A DNA stretch of 64,000 nt from Gouania willdenowi (taxonomy: Eukaryota): assembly GCF_900634775.1 (NCBI RefSeq), contig NC_041064.1:1444717-1508716 (forward strand), given 5' to 3'. Below the pieces are notes generated by a model, which saw only the letters and a list, made by a program, of their open reading frames with translations, did not search any database and was not told the origin of the DNA. Shown in pieces: positions 36,590 through 48,139 of the stretch; within the stretch, counting starts at the first letter, position 1; each line of letters opens with the position of its first letter. The position numbers were made by a program, and so were the translations under genes.

Positions 36590-37110
36590 AGCATTGGCTA
36601 GCATTAACATTAATATACGTTAGCATTAGCTCGTTTTAGCATTAGCTCGTTTTAGCATTAGAATAAGTTAGCATTAAAGTTAGCATTAGCATTAACCTAG
36701 CAATAACGTTAGCATAAATTGGCATTAGTGTTAACATTAACATTAGTATCTAGCTAGCATTTACATTAGCCTAGCATTAGCATTGGCCTGATAACAGCAT
36801 TAGCATAAGTGTTAGCATTAACGTTAGCATAGGTTAGCATTAGCATTATCCTAGCAATAACATAATCTAGCTTTAGCTCTAACCTAGCATTAGCATATCA
36901 TTAGCCTAACGGTAGCATTAGCATATCATTAGCCTAACGGTAGCTTTAGCATATCATTAGCCTAACGGTAGCTTTAGCCTAACAATGCCAATAGTATAAG
37001 CGCCAACCTAGCATTAGTGCCAACCTAGCATTACCACTAACTTAGCATTAGCACTAACCTAACCTAGCATTAGCACCAACCTAGCATTAGCACCAACCTA
37101 GTATTAGCTG
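36590..37110. repeat. Satellite-like array of 'tagcattagc', 'gttagcat' and 'ctagcattagca' motifs
   Basis: Direct reading. About 500 bp. Related short arrays at 48790-49010. Confidence 0.8.
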
Positions 37111-37565
37111 AACATGAGTAATAAGGTTTAAAAAGGTTTTAGCTGAAAGTGTTCAGACAGCTAAACATGTTGAAGGTTGAAATCTGTTTAAAAAGTTGAA
37201 AATGTGAATGGGGAAATGAAAAATTAAAAAGTTAAATAATTGAAAAAGTTAGAAAGTTAGAAATAGCTAATACATAGCACAATGTCCAGAAATTATTTGA
37301 GCATTTTGACACCAAACTTGTTGCCTCCTGCATCCTCATTAATTACTCCATAATTGTAATTAATTACCAATTACAATTAAAATTGACCCCAATTCTACTG
37401 CCAAACATTTAGCCATAAATGAACTGAATTCCAAATCTAAAAGAATTCAGGTGCAAAGCTTTTTCTTCTAATAATGCACATTCCACCTTCTGCTCATACG
37501 AATATTTATTATACGATCTCTATGAAGCGTTGGTGTGAAAGCCGTGGTTGGGCGTCTGTGTGCAG

Positions 37566-37736
37566 GTGAGTGCTCAGGTGGAGCGCATGGCATCCGTGGG
37601 TTGTAGCTCAGTGTCAGTGAAGTGGCAACAGTTCAACTCTGAGGCAGCTCCTCCTCTCCAAGCTCCCAGTGCTCTGCAGGCGCTGTTCAACGACTCCCAC
37701 ACGCTGGTGTATGGCTTTGTGCCGCACTGCACTCAG
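37566..37736 (+). CDS. parp4: PARP4 exon 25
   Basis: 'VSAQVERMASVGCSSVSVKWQQFNSEAAPPLQAPSALQALFNDSHTLVYGFVPHCTQ' versus the remembered human 'IEDQMTRLCSPSCHSVSVKWQQLNPDAPEALQAP...LLVYGFIPHCTQ' (recalled, not checked). Confidence 0.8.
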
Positions 37737-37769
37737 GTACGCCTCCTACACTACAAACATGGGTTAGTA

Positions 37770-38700
37770 CTAGGGCTGGGCCTTTAACACGTTAATTATA
37801 ATTAATTAATTACAGAAAATTAACGTACTAAACAAAAAAACGCATTTTTTTCCACTCCAAACAGAGCAGAACTTTTCTTATTGCACGAGTTCCCGGTATA
37901 CCCATAATACTGATGCACAGACCACAACACAAGAAACAGGAGAACCAGAGGAGAAGTCGTTGCTGTGTTTTGTGGGCGTTAATTTTATTTTAAATAAAAA
38001 CACTGGATGGAAAACTAAAGCCCATCTGTGTGAAAATTGTTAGAGAAAGAGTTCGTGAATCAGAGCTCTGTTAGCCTCAGCTAGCACCTCAATGCTAAAC
38101 ATGTTGCAGCTTGCACCTCAATGCTAAACATGTAGCAGCTCGCACCTCAAAGCTAAATATTTAGCCGCTAGCAGCTAGCACCTTAATGTTAAACATGAAG
38201 CAGCCAGCACCTCAATGCTAAAGATGTAGCAACTAGCACCTCAATGCTAAACATGTAGCAACTAGCACCTCAATGCGAAATATATAGCAGCTAGCACCTC
38301 AAAGCTAAATATTTAGCAGCTAGTAGCTCAATGCTAACCACGTTGCAGCTAGCACCTCAATGTTAAACATTTAGCAGCTAGCACCTCAATGCTAACATGT
38401 AGCAGCTAACACCTCAAGGCTAACATGTTGCAGCTAACACCTCAGTGCTAACATGTAGCAGCTAGCACCTCAATGCTAACATGTTGCAGCTAACACCTCA
38501 ATGCTAACATGTTGCAGCTAACACCTCAGTGCTAACATGTAGCAGCTAGTACCTCAATGCTAACATGTAGCAGCTAGCAGGGACAATGGTCCTAGTGGAG
38601 CAGACAGTGTCTCCAATCTACACTGACACTCAGACAGGGTTCAGAACCAATAATAAATCCATGAGTAACAAATGAACAAAGTCAGTGATAAATGATTGTA
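37770..38700 (+). mobile_element. Repeat element carrying the 33-bp minisatellite (copy B, inverted relative to 31100-31925)
   Basis: Starts 'tagggctgggcctttaacacgttaatt'. 38080-38590 holds ~15 units of 'agctagcacctcaatgctaaacatgtagc'. Confidence 0.6.
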
Positions 38701-39575
38701 GTGACAGTCGACCACTCTGTGGTAGAGGATGTGGGCGGGGCTAGAAGCGCTGCTACAGATAGCATCGTCTGATCCAACTTATCAACTGTTATGTAGAAAA
38801 ACTATTTCAAACTAAATTCATCATCTTCATCAGTTGTTCTGTTTATTTCATGATATCCACAGATATTATAAATATTTTACACTGTTCAGTTTATATTTCT
38901 CTGGAATGTTCTGGAATAAGTGATTTTTCATTTTAGGCATTTTATTATTGCAGACTTTGTTAGGACTGATATGCCACTTATTGCTTGGATTTTGTCAGTT
39001 TTTTACATATTTTGTGCTTTATGTAAATGTAGAAGTGTAAACTAGGGCAATAATATTGAAACTAATTGTTTTCTGCATAAAATCTGTGGCCCACTTGAGA
39101 TCAAACTGCTCAGTAGCCCCTGGACTACATGAAGGGACATCATTCGACATTTGGCTCAATGCCCATTGTGCTTGTGTCGTCTGTTGCAGGGCAGTGATTC
39201 CCAAACTGGGGTACGTGTACCCCTAGGGGAACTTTACCACCTCTCAGGAGGTACACAGAAATATTTGTCAGTTTATTTTTTAACATTATAGATTTTTTTT
39301 TACATGCACACAGACTTTTTTTTCTCATCCATCAATAATAATCTGTTGTACAACTCTTTAAAATGCACCAAAAGTTGAAGTTCTAAAACGAGCAAAACAT
39401 CAGAAATAAATGAATAAAAAAGGCCTAAATTCAAGGTTAATGTTGGACGAGACACAGGAAAGAGTTTAGACGAGCCTGCAGACACTAATGATGTATAACA
39501 TGAGCTCAGGGGTACATGGGGCGATAAAGTTTGGGTAATTACTGGGTTTACTAAAGTTTCTCGTGGCTCCCACAG

Positions 39576-39656
39576 GCCACGCTGACAGGAAACCTGGGGG
39601 GTCAGGAGTTGGAAACTATGGTGTCGACCACCGAGCTGCAGAAAAGCACTGGCACG
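39576..39656 (+). CDS. parp4: PARP4 exon 26
   Basis: 'ATLTGNLGGQELETMVSTTELQKSTGT' versus the remembered human 'ATLCALIQEKEFCTMVSTTELQKTTGT' (recalled, not checked). Confidence 0.75.
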
Positions 39657-39745
39657 GTACGAGCACGGTACCCCACCCCTCCCCACCCCCTGTCTGCGGC
39701 CCTGCAGGCCTCACCACGCCTGTTTCTTTCTTTATGTGTTGGCAG

Positions 39746-39826
39746 TTCCTTCACAAGCTGACGGCGAGGGCCCTCATCAGGGACTATGAAGATGGAAACC
39801 TGGACATCAGCGAGGCAGAGCACGAG
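39746..39826 (+). CDS. parp4: PARP4 exon 27
   Basis: 'FLHKLTARALIRDYEDGNLDISEAEHE' versus the remembered human 'MIHKLAARALIRDYEDGILHENETSHE' (recalled, not checked). Confidence 0.75.
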
Positions 39827-40033
39827 GTCTGTTTCTGTTTCACACAGGAATGACTTCTCCATGATGCTACTTATGTAATCGTTGAGTGTAATAATCGAAC
39901 CATAGTTTATTGGTAATGATGATGTCATCATGCAGCTCTACAGAGAAGCCTGCAGGGCATTAGCCCTCCAGGACCAGATTAGCGCCCCCTAGTGTTTTGA
40001 TGCAGAGTTTGAGGAGTATTGTGTGTGTTTCAG

Positions 40034-40129
40034 GGTAAAAAAGCTGAGTTGAGGTCTTTCATCGTTGAGCTGAGCAAAGAGTTCTCCATCCTGTCACAGT
40101 TCACCAGCTTTGTGGCGGTGGAGGAGCGG
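40034..40129 (+). CDS. parp4: PARP4 exon 28
   Basis: 'GKKAELRSFIVELSKEFSILSQFTSFVAVEER' versus the remembered human 'MKKQTLKSLIIKLSKENSLITQFTSFVAVEKR' (recalled, not checked). Confidence 0.75.
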
Positions 40130-40199
40130 GTTGGTCCATCAACATCCTGCTCTAAAGCTGATTGGTTGGTGAGTAAGTCTGACCTTTTCTGTGCGTCAG

Positions 40200-40361
40200 G
40201 ATCCAGAGCGAGTGGAGGAGCTCTTCACAGACATCCTACAGCTGGTTGCAGCCGAGGACGTGGACTTCCTCCCCTACATCAGCTGGATTCCTCCCTTGGG
40301 GGAAGAAGAAGAAGAAGAAGAAGAAGCAGAAATTCATGAAACGAGTGATTCAGACGATGAT
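40200..40361 (+). CDS. parp4: PARP4 exon 29 (contains the coding (GAA)8 poly-Glu tract)
   Basis: 'DPERVEELFTDILQLVAAEDVDFLPYISWIPPLGEEEEEEEEAEIHETSDSDDD' versus the remembered human 'ELIAKEDVDFLPYMSW' (recalled, not checked). Donor 'gat|gtgagt'. Confidence 0.7.
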
Positions 40362-43300
40362 GTGAGTTTGTTTTCTACACACAACTATTGTGATGGGGTG
40401 GAGTAGGGGTGTGTCCACACAGAAGCAACGAAGCACCAGGCTCTGCACTCACAAGCTAATTCTACCACGGACTACTCTTTGCAGTCTACTTTTTTGGGGG
40501 AGTTATAATTGTAAATAATCAGATTTTAATATTTGAACTATTACAATTATTAAATTATTATTAAATATTTGTATAATATTAAAATACAATATTAATATTA
40601 AAGCAGTAACACTTAAAAACTGAGTTAGATTGAAATGTATTTTAAAAATTTAAATACAATCAATAAATATAGTATTATTATCAAAATAAAGTTTGTAAAA
40701 TATACAGAGTAAAAAAAGTGTGGCTAGGGGTGTCCCGATCCGATATTGATGTCGCACATCGGTCCGATAACAGCAAGGAAATGAATATCGTATTTCATCG
40801 GTATTGCATCTAAAATTGATATCAGCGCTCCGATAAGTTTTTGTTGTTTTTGTCCCCGCCCTCAGTTGTTCCCACCATGTACTGACAGTAAAAAATAACT
40901 GAAGTGAACTTGAATTCATTTCAATTCAACTTTATTTGTATAGCACAAGTTACAACAAAGTCATCTCAATGAGCTTATCAAAATATAAAATTGATAATAA
41001 GAAAGAAAAAACCCAACAAGATCCACATGAACAAGCATTTAGTGACAGTGGGAAGAAACAACTGGTTGTGGTTAATAAACAGAAGGACCAACAGAACAGG
41101 ATAGAGAGATAGAACATCAGAGTGTCTCAGACTAGTTGAGCCGTGAACCACAGATCAGGAAGTGACATCATCAGCTTCACGACACCTGAAACAGAGCAGA
41201 GAGAGAAGAATGAGGAGAAGACACTGACTGCAGAAAAATATGATACATTATTATCAAGTCATCCTGTGTTGGCCTTGGGGCTCACTCCCAGTGCCTAGTC
41301 AGCACTTATTATAAAGATGATCAATCTCTTCCTGTTTGTTGGTAAGATAACAGTGACCGTTCACAGACGAATCCATGTCCGCTCTAGTGGTTAGATTATG
41401 TTATGATTCAGGTTGTAAATAAACAAATTAGTGCACTAGCGCCCCCTCAAATTGAGGTCAGAAGCGGAATTGTTAGGTTTCATTATTAGTATACAAGACT
41501 GTGTTCTCATTAATTTATGAAGATATGTGGTCCACGAGTGCAATCAACACAAAATGCCTCTGCGATAAACGCGTTGAGCACCACTGGTTTAAAGGGTTCC
41601 TGTAGTGAAAATGTATATCACAAAAAATGTGTTTAAAGGAATTCTCCACTGTTTTTACAAATGTGGTCAAAACTATTGAAATGTCCTTATTAGAAGATCT
41701 ATGCCTAACAAAACGCATTGTTTTGCACCATATTCATTTTATTAACTTTTTTAAATGGAGTTCTATATGAGGTGAAGCATTCAGGATCATTTAGCAGCTT
41801 TTTCAGTCAAAATAACAACTTGTGCTACTTTGGGTTGCTCTAAAAATCAGTCAAAATTAAAAAAAAGTCGATGTAAACGTCTTTTGTTTATCAAAATTTG
41901 ATAAAACAAAATCCGTGAACCAAAAAAATCTGTGACCGCAGCGGGCGACAGTTCCAACGCTGCTGTTTTGTCGACATCATGAAGAAGAGAAGAAGAGCTC
42001 CGGTGGCAGGAAACCAGGATCCACTGCTGCTCAGAGCAGTGGATCCTGGTTTATCCTGGTTTACCGATATGGAGCCAACGTCTGGATAACTTAGCGACTT
42101 AGTGTCGTTTATTTGGCTCAGACGCTAAATAAATGTTTCTGTTGTTAAATCAACCATTAGCTTTACACTCCTCCATTGTTCAGAAACTGTAGACCAATGA
42201 CACACTGTTGCCTAGCAACAACTAACAGGAATCATATCATATTTAGACTAAAATGGTGGCTCGCCATATTTTATGATTCAAGGTATAAAATCATTCTAAA
42301 AAGCCATTTTCACATGTTTTTTTTTAAGGTGCACATATTTTGTTTATTGGTAATACAATAAACACATTTTTTGTTATATGCATTTTCATTATAGGTACAC
42401 TTTAAATCAGGTCAGAAAAAGAAGTGGATCCTTACAGAGGAAAGTCGCTCCCGTGGGTTTGTGCTCATGCTGAGTCACCTTAAAGAACAACTCATAGCAC
42501 GGGGGCCAAATCCGGCCCTTAGGGGCATCCAATTTGGCCTGCAGGATGAAGTAAAGATGAAAAAAGATATTCCTCAAATTATTACAAAATGTTTCCCTTA
42601 ATTAAATAGAAATTTGTTACAAAGTGTAAGAAATTTAAATTGACTTTAGCTAAACTTAATTTTCAGCACTTATTTAAACCCTTTTCACCACTTTTACACC
42701 TAATGTCACATATGTTGACTCATCACTTTTAACTTCTTTTCACCATATTTCATGCTTATTTTTTGCCAATTTAACCACATTCACCATTTCTCATTCCCAT
42801 TATTTGCCAGTTTAAACTAATTGTTACAAGATTGACACTTTAAACCTTTTTACCACTTTTTCTGTCTGTTTCTTTTCACTCTAACTTAAAACTTTTAACT
42901 AATTTCTGTGGTTTTAATCCCATTTCACCAACTTTTACCACCATTTTTGGTCATTTTGAACCATTTTATTAGTGATTAAAACCAGGATTTCCATCTTTAA
43001 GATGACTATAATAATAATAATAAACGTTCCTGGATAACAGTGGATATTATTCAGATGAATAAATAAATGTGGTTATCACAGATTCATAGAACAATGGACC
43101 ATCATTTTACTGACTTTATGGATGGGCCCCAAAAATCTCTCCTTTATTCCCCCTTATAGATGGTCCTGTCTCCACATGACTGTTCTTCAATGTTCATGTC
43201 TGTGTTCAACCACCTTCAGCTACAGTGGGGGTCCCTGCTCTATGGAACCTTTATTTTGGGGGTCGCAGGCTTTGGAGTACAGACAGAGCCGTGTGTAAAA

Positions 43301-43566
43301 GTGATCAATGTGTTGCCATAATTGATTGAAATCGTTGGTGAATTGTGTCCTTTTTGCTTGTGTGTTGCAGTTTGGTTTGGATGTGAGCTTTTATTCAAAC
43401 TGTTCTGTCAAGGTGAGTTCAGCTCTTCTAACCTAAAGCTTCCTCTGATGAGGGCAGAGTGTCTCTTCACACGTTTCAAACAGACCAAAGAAGCAGTGAC
43501 TGCAGAGCTAGTTCGTCCTCATCTTTTCACTGTTAAACTTATTTTCTGTTTTTTCTGTTTCTTTAG

Positions 43567-44844
43567 AGTCAATTCTCTCCTTTTCTCCATGAACCCAAGA
43601 TGAGGAGTCACAGTCTGTCAATACGTAAACCTTCTGAAGATTTGAGATTGTCAGATCAATGTCGGGAAGATGAGAGTGAGTCTTTGGGCAGCTCTATAAG
43701 GGATCCTGGTGAAGACTACATTGCTCCTCCTCTTCTAATGGCTGAAAGCTTGGCAGTCTTTGAAGCACCAGAGGAGGACGTGGACATGGATTATGATGAT
43801 ACCACTTTACTTTTTCCTACAGAGGATCATAGCAACTCTCACCTTGAAGTATCTAATGCAATCTCCACTACTGAATCTTCCATTCGCCGTACGAGGAGGA
43901 AGCTAAAAGATCTAGGAGTTTTACATTCTGCTGCTCCACCTGCATCTCCACCTCGTCTTCTCCCACAGTCATCGAGCTGTAACATTCTACAGAAATGTTC
44001 GTTTGATAGTTCAGTGACTTCATCTATAGATCAAGATTTTGCTGATCCACCTTCACCCACCTGGGTCTCCATTGGATCAGGCAAAGCTTTTGGAGGCATT
44101 CTGCCTCCACCTTGTCCTCCTCTTGGAGGTGCTCCTCCACCACCTCCACCCACTGGGTTCTCCTTTGGATCTGGCAGAGGTTTTGGAAGCGCTCTGGCTC
44201 CACCTTGTCCTCCTTTTGGAAGTGCTCTGGCTCCACCTTGTTTTCCTTTTGGAGGTGCTCCTCTACCACCTCCACCCACCGGGTTCTCCTTTGGATCTGG
44301 TGAAGGTTTTGGAAGCGCTCTGCCTCTATCTACACCTGGTCTTCTTTTTGGAGCCACTCCTCCACCACCTCCACCTACCGGGTTCTCCTTTGGATCTGGT
44401 GAAGGTTTTGGAAGCGCTCTGCCTCTATCTACACCTGGTCTTCTTTTTGGAGCCACTCCTCCACCACTTCCACCTACCGGGTTCTCCTTTGGATCTGGTG
44501 AAGGTTTTGGAAGCGCTCTGCCTCTATCTACACCTGGTCTTCTTTTTGGAGCCACTCCTCCACCACTTCCACCTACCAGTAAGAGTTTGCCTCAGCGTTT
44601 AAGATCTGTCTCTGAATTCTTCCGTCAAAGCAATGCATACCAACCGATGTCGGTAAATAGTCCATTAACAAAGACAAGGTTGAGCTGCAAACAAGTTGAT
44701 CAAAAAGAAACCGTTGTGGAGCTCCAGGGTTCAGAATCACCTAAAGCAATACAGTTCGACGGTGTTGAGAAGACAGCGTTCATCAGAGCCAGAAGAAATT
44801 GTCTAAAGACGTCCTTTAGAGGTTTGAGGGCCAAACAGGAGTGC
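43567..44844 (+). CDS. parp4: PARP4 large exon 30, Pro/Gly/Phe-rich repeat region (the 3' boundary could instead be 44861)
   Basis: Acceptor 'tttctgtttctttag'. A 426-codon open frame in phase with exon 29. Contains ~3 near-identical 108-nt repeats encoding 'TGFSFGSGEGFGSALPLSTPGLLFGATPPPLPP'. Candidate donors 'tgc|gtgagg' at 44845 and 'at|gtaagc' at 44862. Confidence 0.55.
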
Positions 44845-46295
44845 GTGAGGAACGTCGTTATGTAAGCCTTTCATCCTTCACACCCACCAATAAAACAACA
44901 TGATGTTCATGTTCTCTCCTCTCAGGAGCAGATGTTGCACTTATGATAATAAAACAAACATCTTTAGATGATCAAACAGCAGTGCTCTCACACAACTGTG
45001 AAACTTTCTTTTTAAAAGGTCACCTCCAAACCAGCTCACGTATTATTAAATTAAGGTTTATATGTTAACTTTATGACCTGTCCACTGCAGACAACAACAG
45101 GATGGTTTTAGTGGAAAATAGCAGCATTTAGAATAGAATAGAATATACCTTTATTGATCCTTGAAAGGGAAATTCAGCAGCAACATGACAAAAAGGAGCA
45201 GACAGTAAGAATCTAAAATAAATACCAACATAGATAATAGTGCACGTAGGACAGAAATGATAATGAAACATTTGTTCTAAACAAAACAACAAATAAATCA
45301 GCCGATTGGAATCTTTGTTCTTTGAGTGAATCACTTTTTGTTAAATTATAAAATACATTAAAGGTGTTTATGGGGTATTTTGGTGCAAACTTTTGAATCT
45401 AAACAAAGAGCTAACATGCTAATGCTACTTTTAGAAGAGCTAACCAGTTAGGAATTACATTATTAAAAGTTTGTCTTCACTCAGTTTTTATTCTCTGATA
45501 CGTTCAGAATTTAAAGACTTTGTTTAAAGCAAAATCTTAACCACATAAACTGCTGAAGGTTCAGTTTTGGTGTCGTTCCAGGGACGTTTCTGCTGAGTCA
45601 GCATCAGCCGCCTCCGAGCTCAAATGGACGAAGATTTTCCAAATGCAGAATTCAGTGAGAGCCTTTTTCTTTCTTTTTATTTACGAGTTGTGCACAAAAT
45701 CTTCACTCCTCTTATCACTGCAAAGATGCTTCTGTCAACACATTTCTCACAGTACGCTGTAAACGCTCTATAAACGTTAACGTAAACATTAAACGTCCTG
45801 GATAAGAAGCCTAAATCATATCAACTCTAGCTGGGTTTCCATCACAGATTTTCGCAAAAACAAAAGTTATATTTCTTAATGTCGACAAGTATAAGGAGCT
45901 GGAGATGCGTAAATCCCGTGAAATCTCATCCCGTGAGACTTTGCTGCAGAAAGACGAACGTTCTAAACCTTAGAACACTCGGTATTCCTTTGTTGTTTCA
46001 CGTCTAATGTGGCAGTAATCATTTAATAATAATAAGTATAATGTCTGGGTCTCCTCTTCTGTCCACACGTACCACGTCATGTTTTTTCAGGAGTGATCAT
46101 GTGACCAGGTACATCCTGTCCTGTGACGTACATGGTCACATGACCACTTCTCTCTGAGAAAACATGTTTTATATTTTATCATCTTTTATTAAATGACTTC
46201 TGTGTGAAGCACTTGGATCTACATTTGAATTTGTGAGGTCATGGTGGGATGTGGATGGATGGATCTGCTGATGTGTCATTGTGGTCCTTTTGAAG

Positions 46296-46398
46296 GAGGG
46301 CTTCTGGGACTTCACCTCTGCCCTGGGTCAGCTGATCAACATCAACGTGGAGCTTCTGACCAACGACTTCCTGACGAAGAAAGGAATCTATTCCCTTG
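46296..46398 (+). CDS. parp4: PARP4 exon 31
   Basis: 'EGFWDFTSALGQLININVELLTNDFLTKKGIYSL' versus the remembered human 'EDGFWKLTPELGLILNLNTNGLHSFLKQKGIQSL' (recalled, not checked). Donor 'g|gtgagc'. Confidence 0.7.
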
Positions 46399-47007
46399 GT
46401 GAGCTCCATGTCTGCTCTGTGTTTTAGCCGTTAGCGTGGGAGTGTTTTAGCCGTTAGCGTGGGAGTGGCTAAGCTATCGTTTCAACACGGATTCTTTTCA
46501 AATACTCAACTTATAACTTTTATAGGTGGCTTTTGTTTGTGTTTTCCCAGATTTCAACACAATAAGACAGATATGGTAGAATGAATACACAGTATAACAT
46601 GTAACGTTTCTGGTTTAGTTCACTATTTTAATGCTTCTTGAGATCTTTGTACACAAACATTTTATGTATGTTTTCAGCTGAGCTTGTGATCTATTGAGAC
46701 ACCCAAATGTTGTCAATCTTTACAATATCAAATTCCAAATTCAAATCTCCATCTGTTTTACAGTTTCCAAACAGCATTACTTTAATCTGATCTAAATTAA
46801 CTGACTTCTGTCAAACCAACATTTAAGTTTCTGTAAGTCTTCATTCACCTCTTTTGTTGCTGCTGCAGGTTCTCCCCACAACATAAAATATTTGTGTCAT
46901 CTGTAAAAATGATAAATTACAGAACAATGACAGTATGAATAAAGTTGATTACTTCACAGGCTGCTTCATTCATGGTGTCATCATCTAATCCTGTCCTCTG
47001 TGCTGCA

Positions 47008-47140
47008 GGGTTGAAGGCTCGTACTGACATCCTGCGGCTGCTGGCGACGCTCCTGGTGCTGCAGCTGATGAAGTTGGAGGAGCTGGAGGAAGGAAAACTG
47101 CTGAGGGGGCTTTTTTCCCTGAAGGAGGCGACGGAGCCGA
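47008..47140 (+). CDS. parp4: PARP4 exon 32
   Basis: '(G)LKARTDILRLLATLLVLQLMKLEELEEGKLLRGLFSLKEATEP' versus the remembered human 'VKGRECLLDLIATMLVLQFIRTRLEKEGIVFKSLMKMDDP' (recalled, not checked). Confidence 0.7.
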
Positions 47141-48139
47141 GGTCAGTGGATCACTGAGCGCTCACACACAGCTGGTCACATGATCAAATCAGTCATTAAT
47201 TAGTGCTGGAGCACCATTTCTCATTGAAATATTATCACATTGTTACCAAATGTGAAAAGTTTCATCTTTGACTAAGCCTGGGCGATAAAACTATAACAAT
47301 ATATATCGCGATAGAGATTTAATCAATATCAATAGAAACTGTGATAAACCAGGAAACCATCACATCTGATCCAGTTTAATTAAAGGATATCAGTGAAATA
47401 TTTATCAACCATAACTTTATGTAACTCATTATCAGATATAAACTAAATTAGATTCAGCAGCAGTAAAAACACTATTGGAGTTATTTTTCCTTTTCATGTT
47501 GGTTCTACGTCAGGTGTTTATCACTGATTTATTATTTACTAAACGTGTTGTACATTTTGTTTGATTAAGTATTTATTTCATGTCTATATTTGTACATTGA
47601 ACAGTTTTTTTTGGAATTGACGTTTCTTTAACTTTATTTCCGTTTTGTTGACTTCTTTTTAAATATTAAAGATTATGTTTAAAATAAAAATATTTGAATT
47701 TGGCCTTTTTTCTATTGGTTCTTATTTTGAAGAGGTTAAAAAAAAACATGTGAACTCCTGCTTCAACTAACAATAACTAAATGTTTGACATGTCAAACCC
47801 TCTGAATCACTATTGCCTGCATTTTGGTGGCAACATTTTGTGAAGTAAAGTTTCTTTAATCTTTGTTATATATCAAAGATTCATTATATATCAAGTAATG
47901 AGTTGATTTAGTGATAATGAATGTAGTTATATAGTTACTCATGCTGGTATAGTTCCTCCACTAATAAACACTGTAGAGACAATAAATAACATTAGATTCA
48001 AAGACGAGCTTCAGCTTTAAAACTCCCATGCTTAGACCTCCTAGTGATTGGTCAATGAGTGTCATGTGACTCACGTATACAGTACACGGGTGTGGATTCC
48101 ATCCTCTGACACAATGGTCATGTTTACATGGGAGCTTTA

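Noticed and set aside
31300-38590. Regularly spaced 33-bp and 30-bp direct repeats that superficially resemble a CRISPR array
   Set aside because: This is a eukaryotic intron and the units are contiguous with no unique spacers, so they are minisatellites. The same applies to 11930-12181, 18700-18912 and 51095-51420.
40019-40339. A single 106-aa ORF that reads through exon 28 into the following intron
   Set aside because: A good GT donor at 40130 and the acceptor at 40199 give a product collinear with my recollection of human PARP4 ('...FVAVEER|DPERVEEL...DVDFLPY'). The read-through frame ends in an Arg-rich tail with no homology.
44024-44602. Long ORFs on both strands (174 aa on -, 187 aa on +, 83 aa on -) overlapping the parp4 repeat exon
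   Set aside because: They are frame artefacts of the 108-nt Pro/Gly-rich tandem repeat. The sense frame at 43567-44844 is the one continuous with the flanking parp4 exons.
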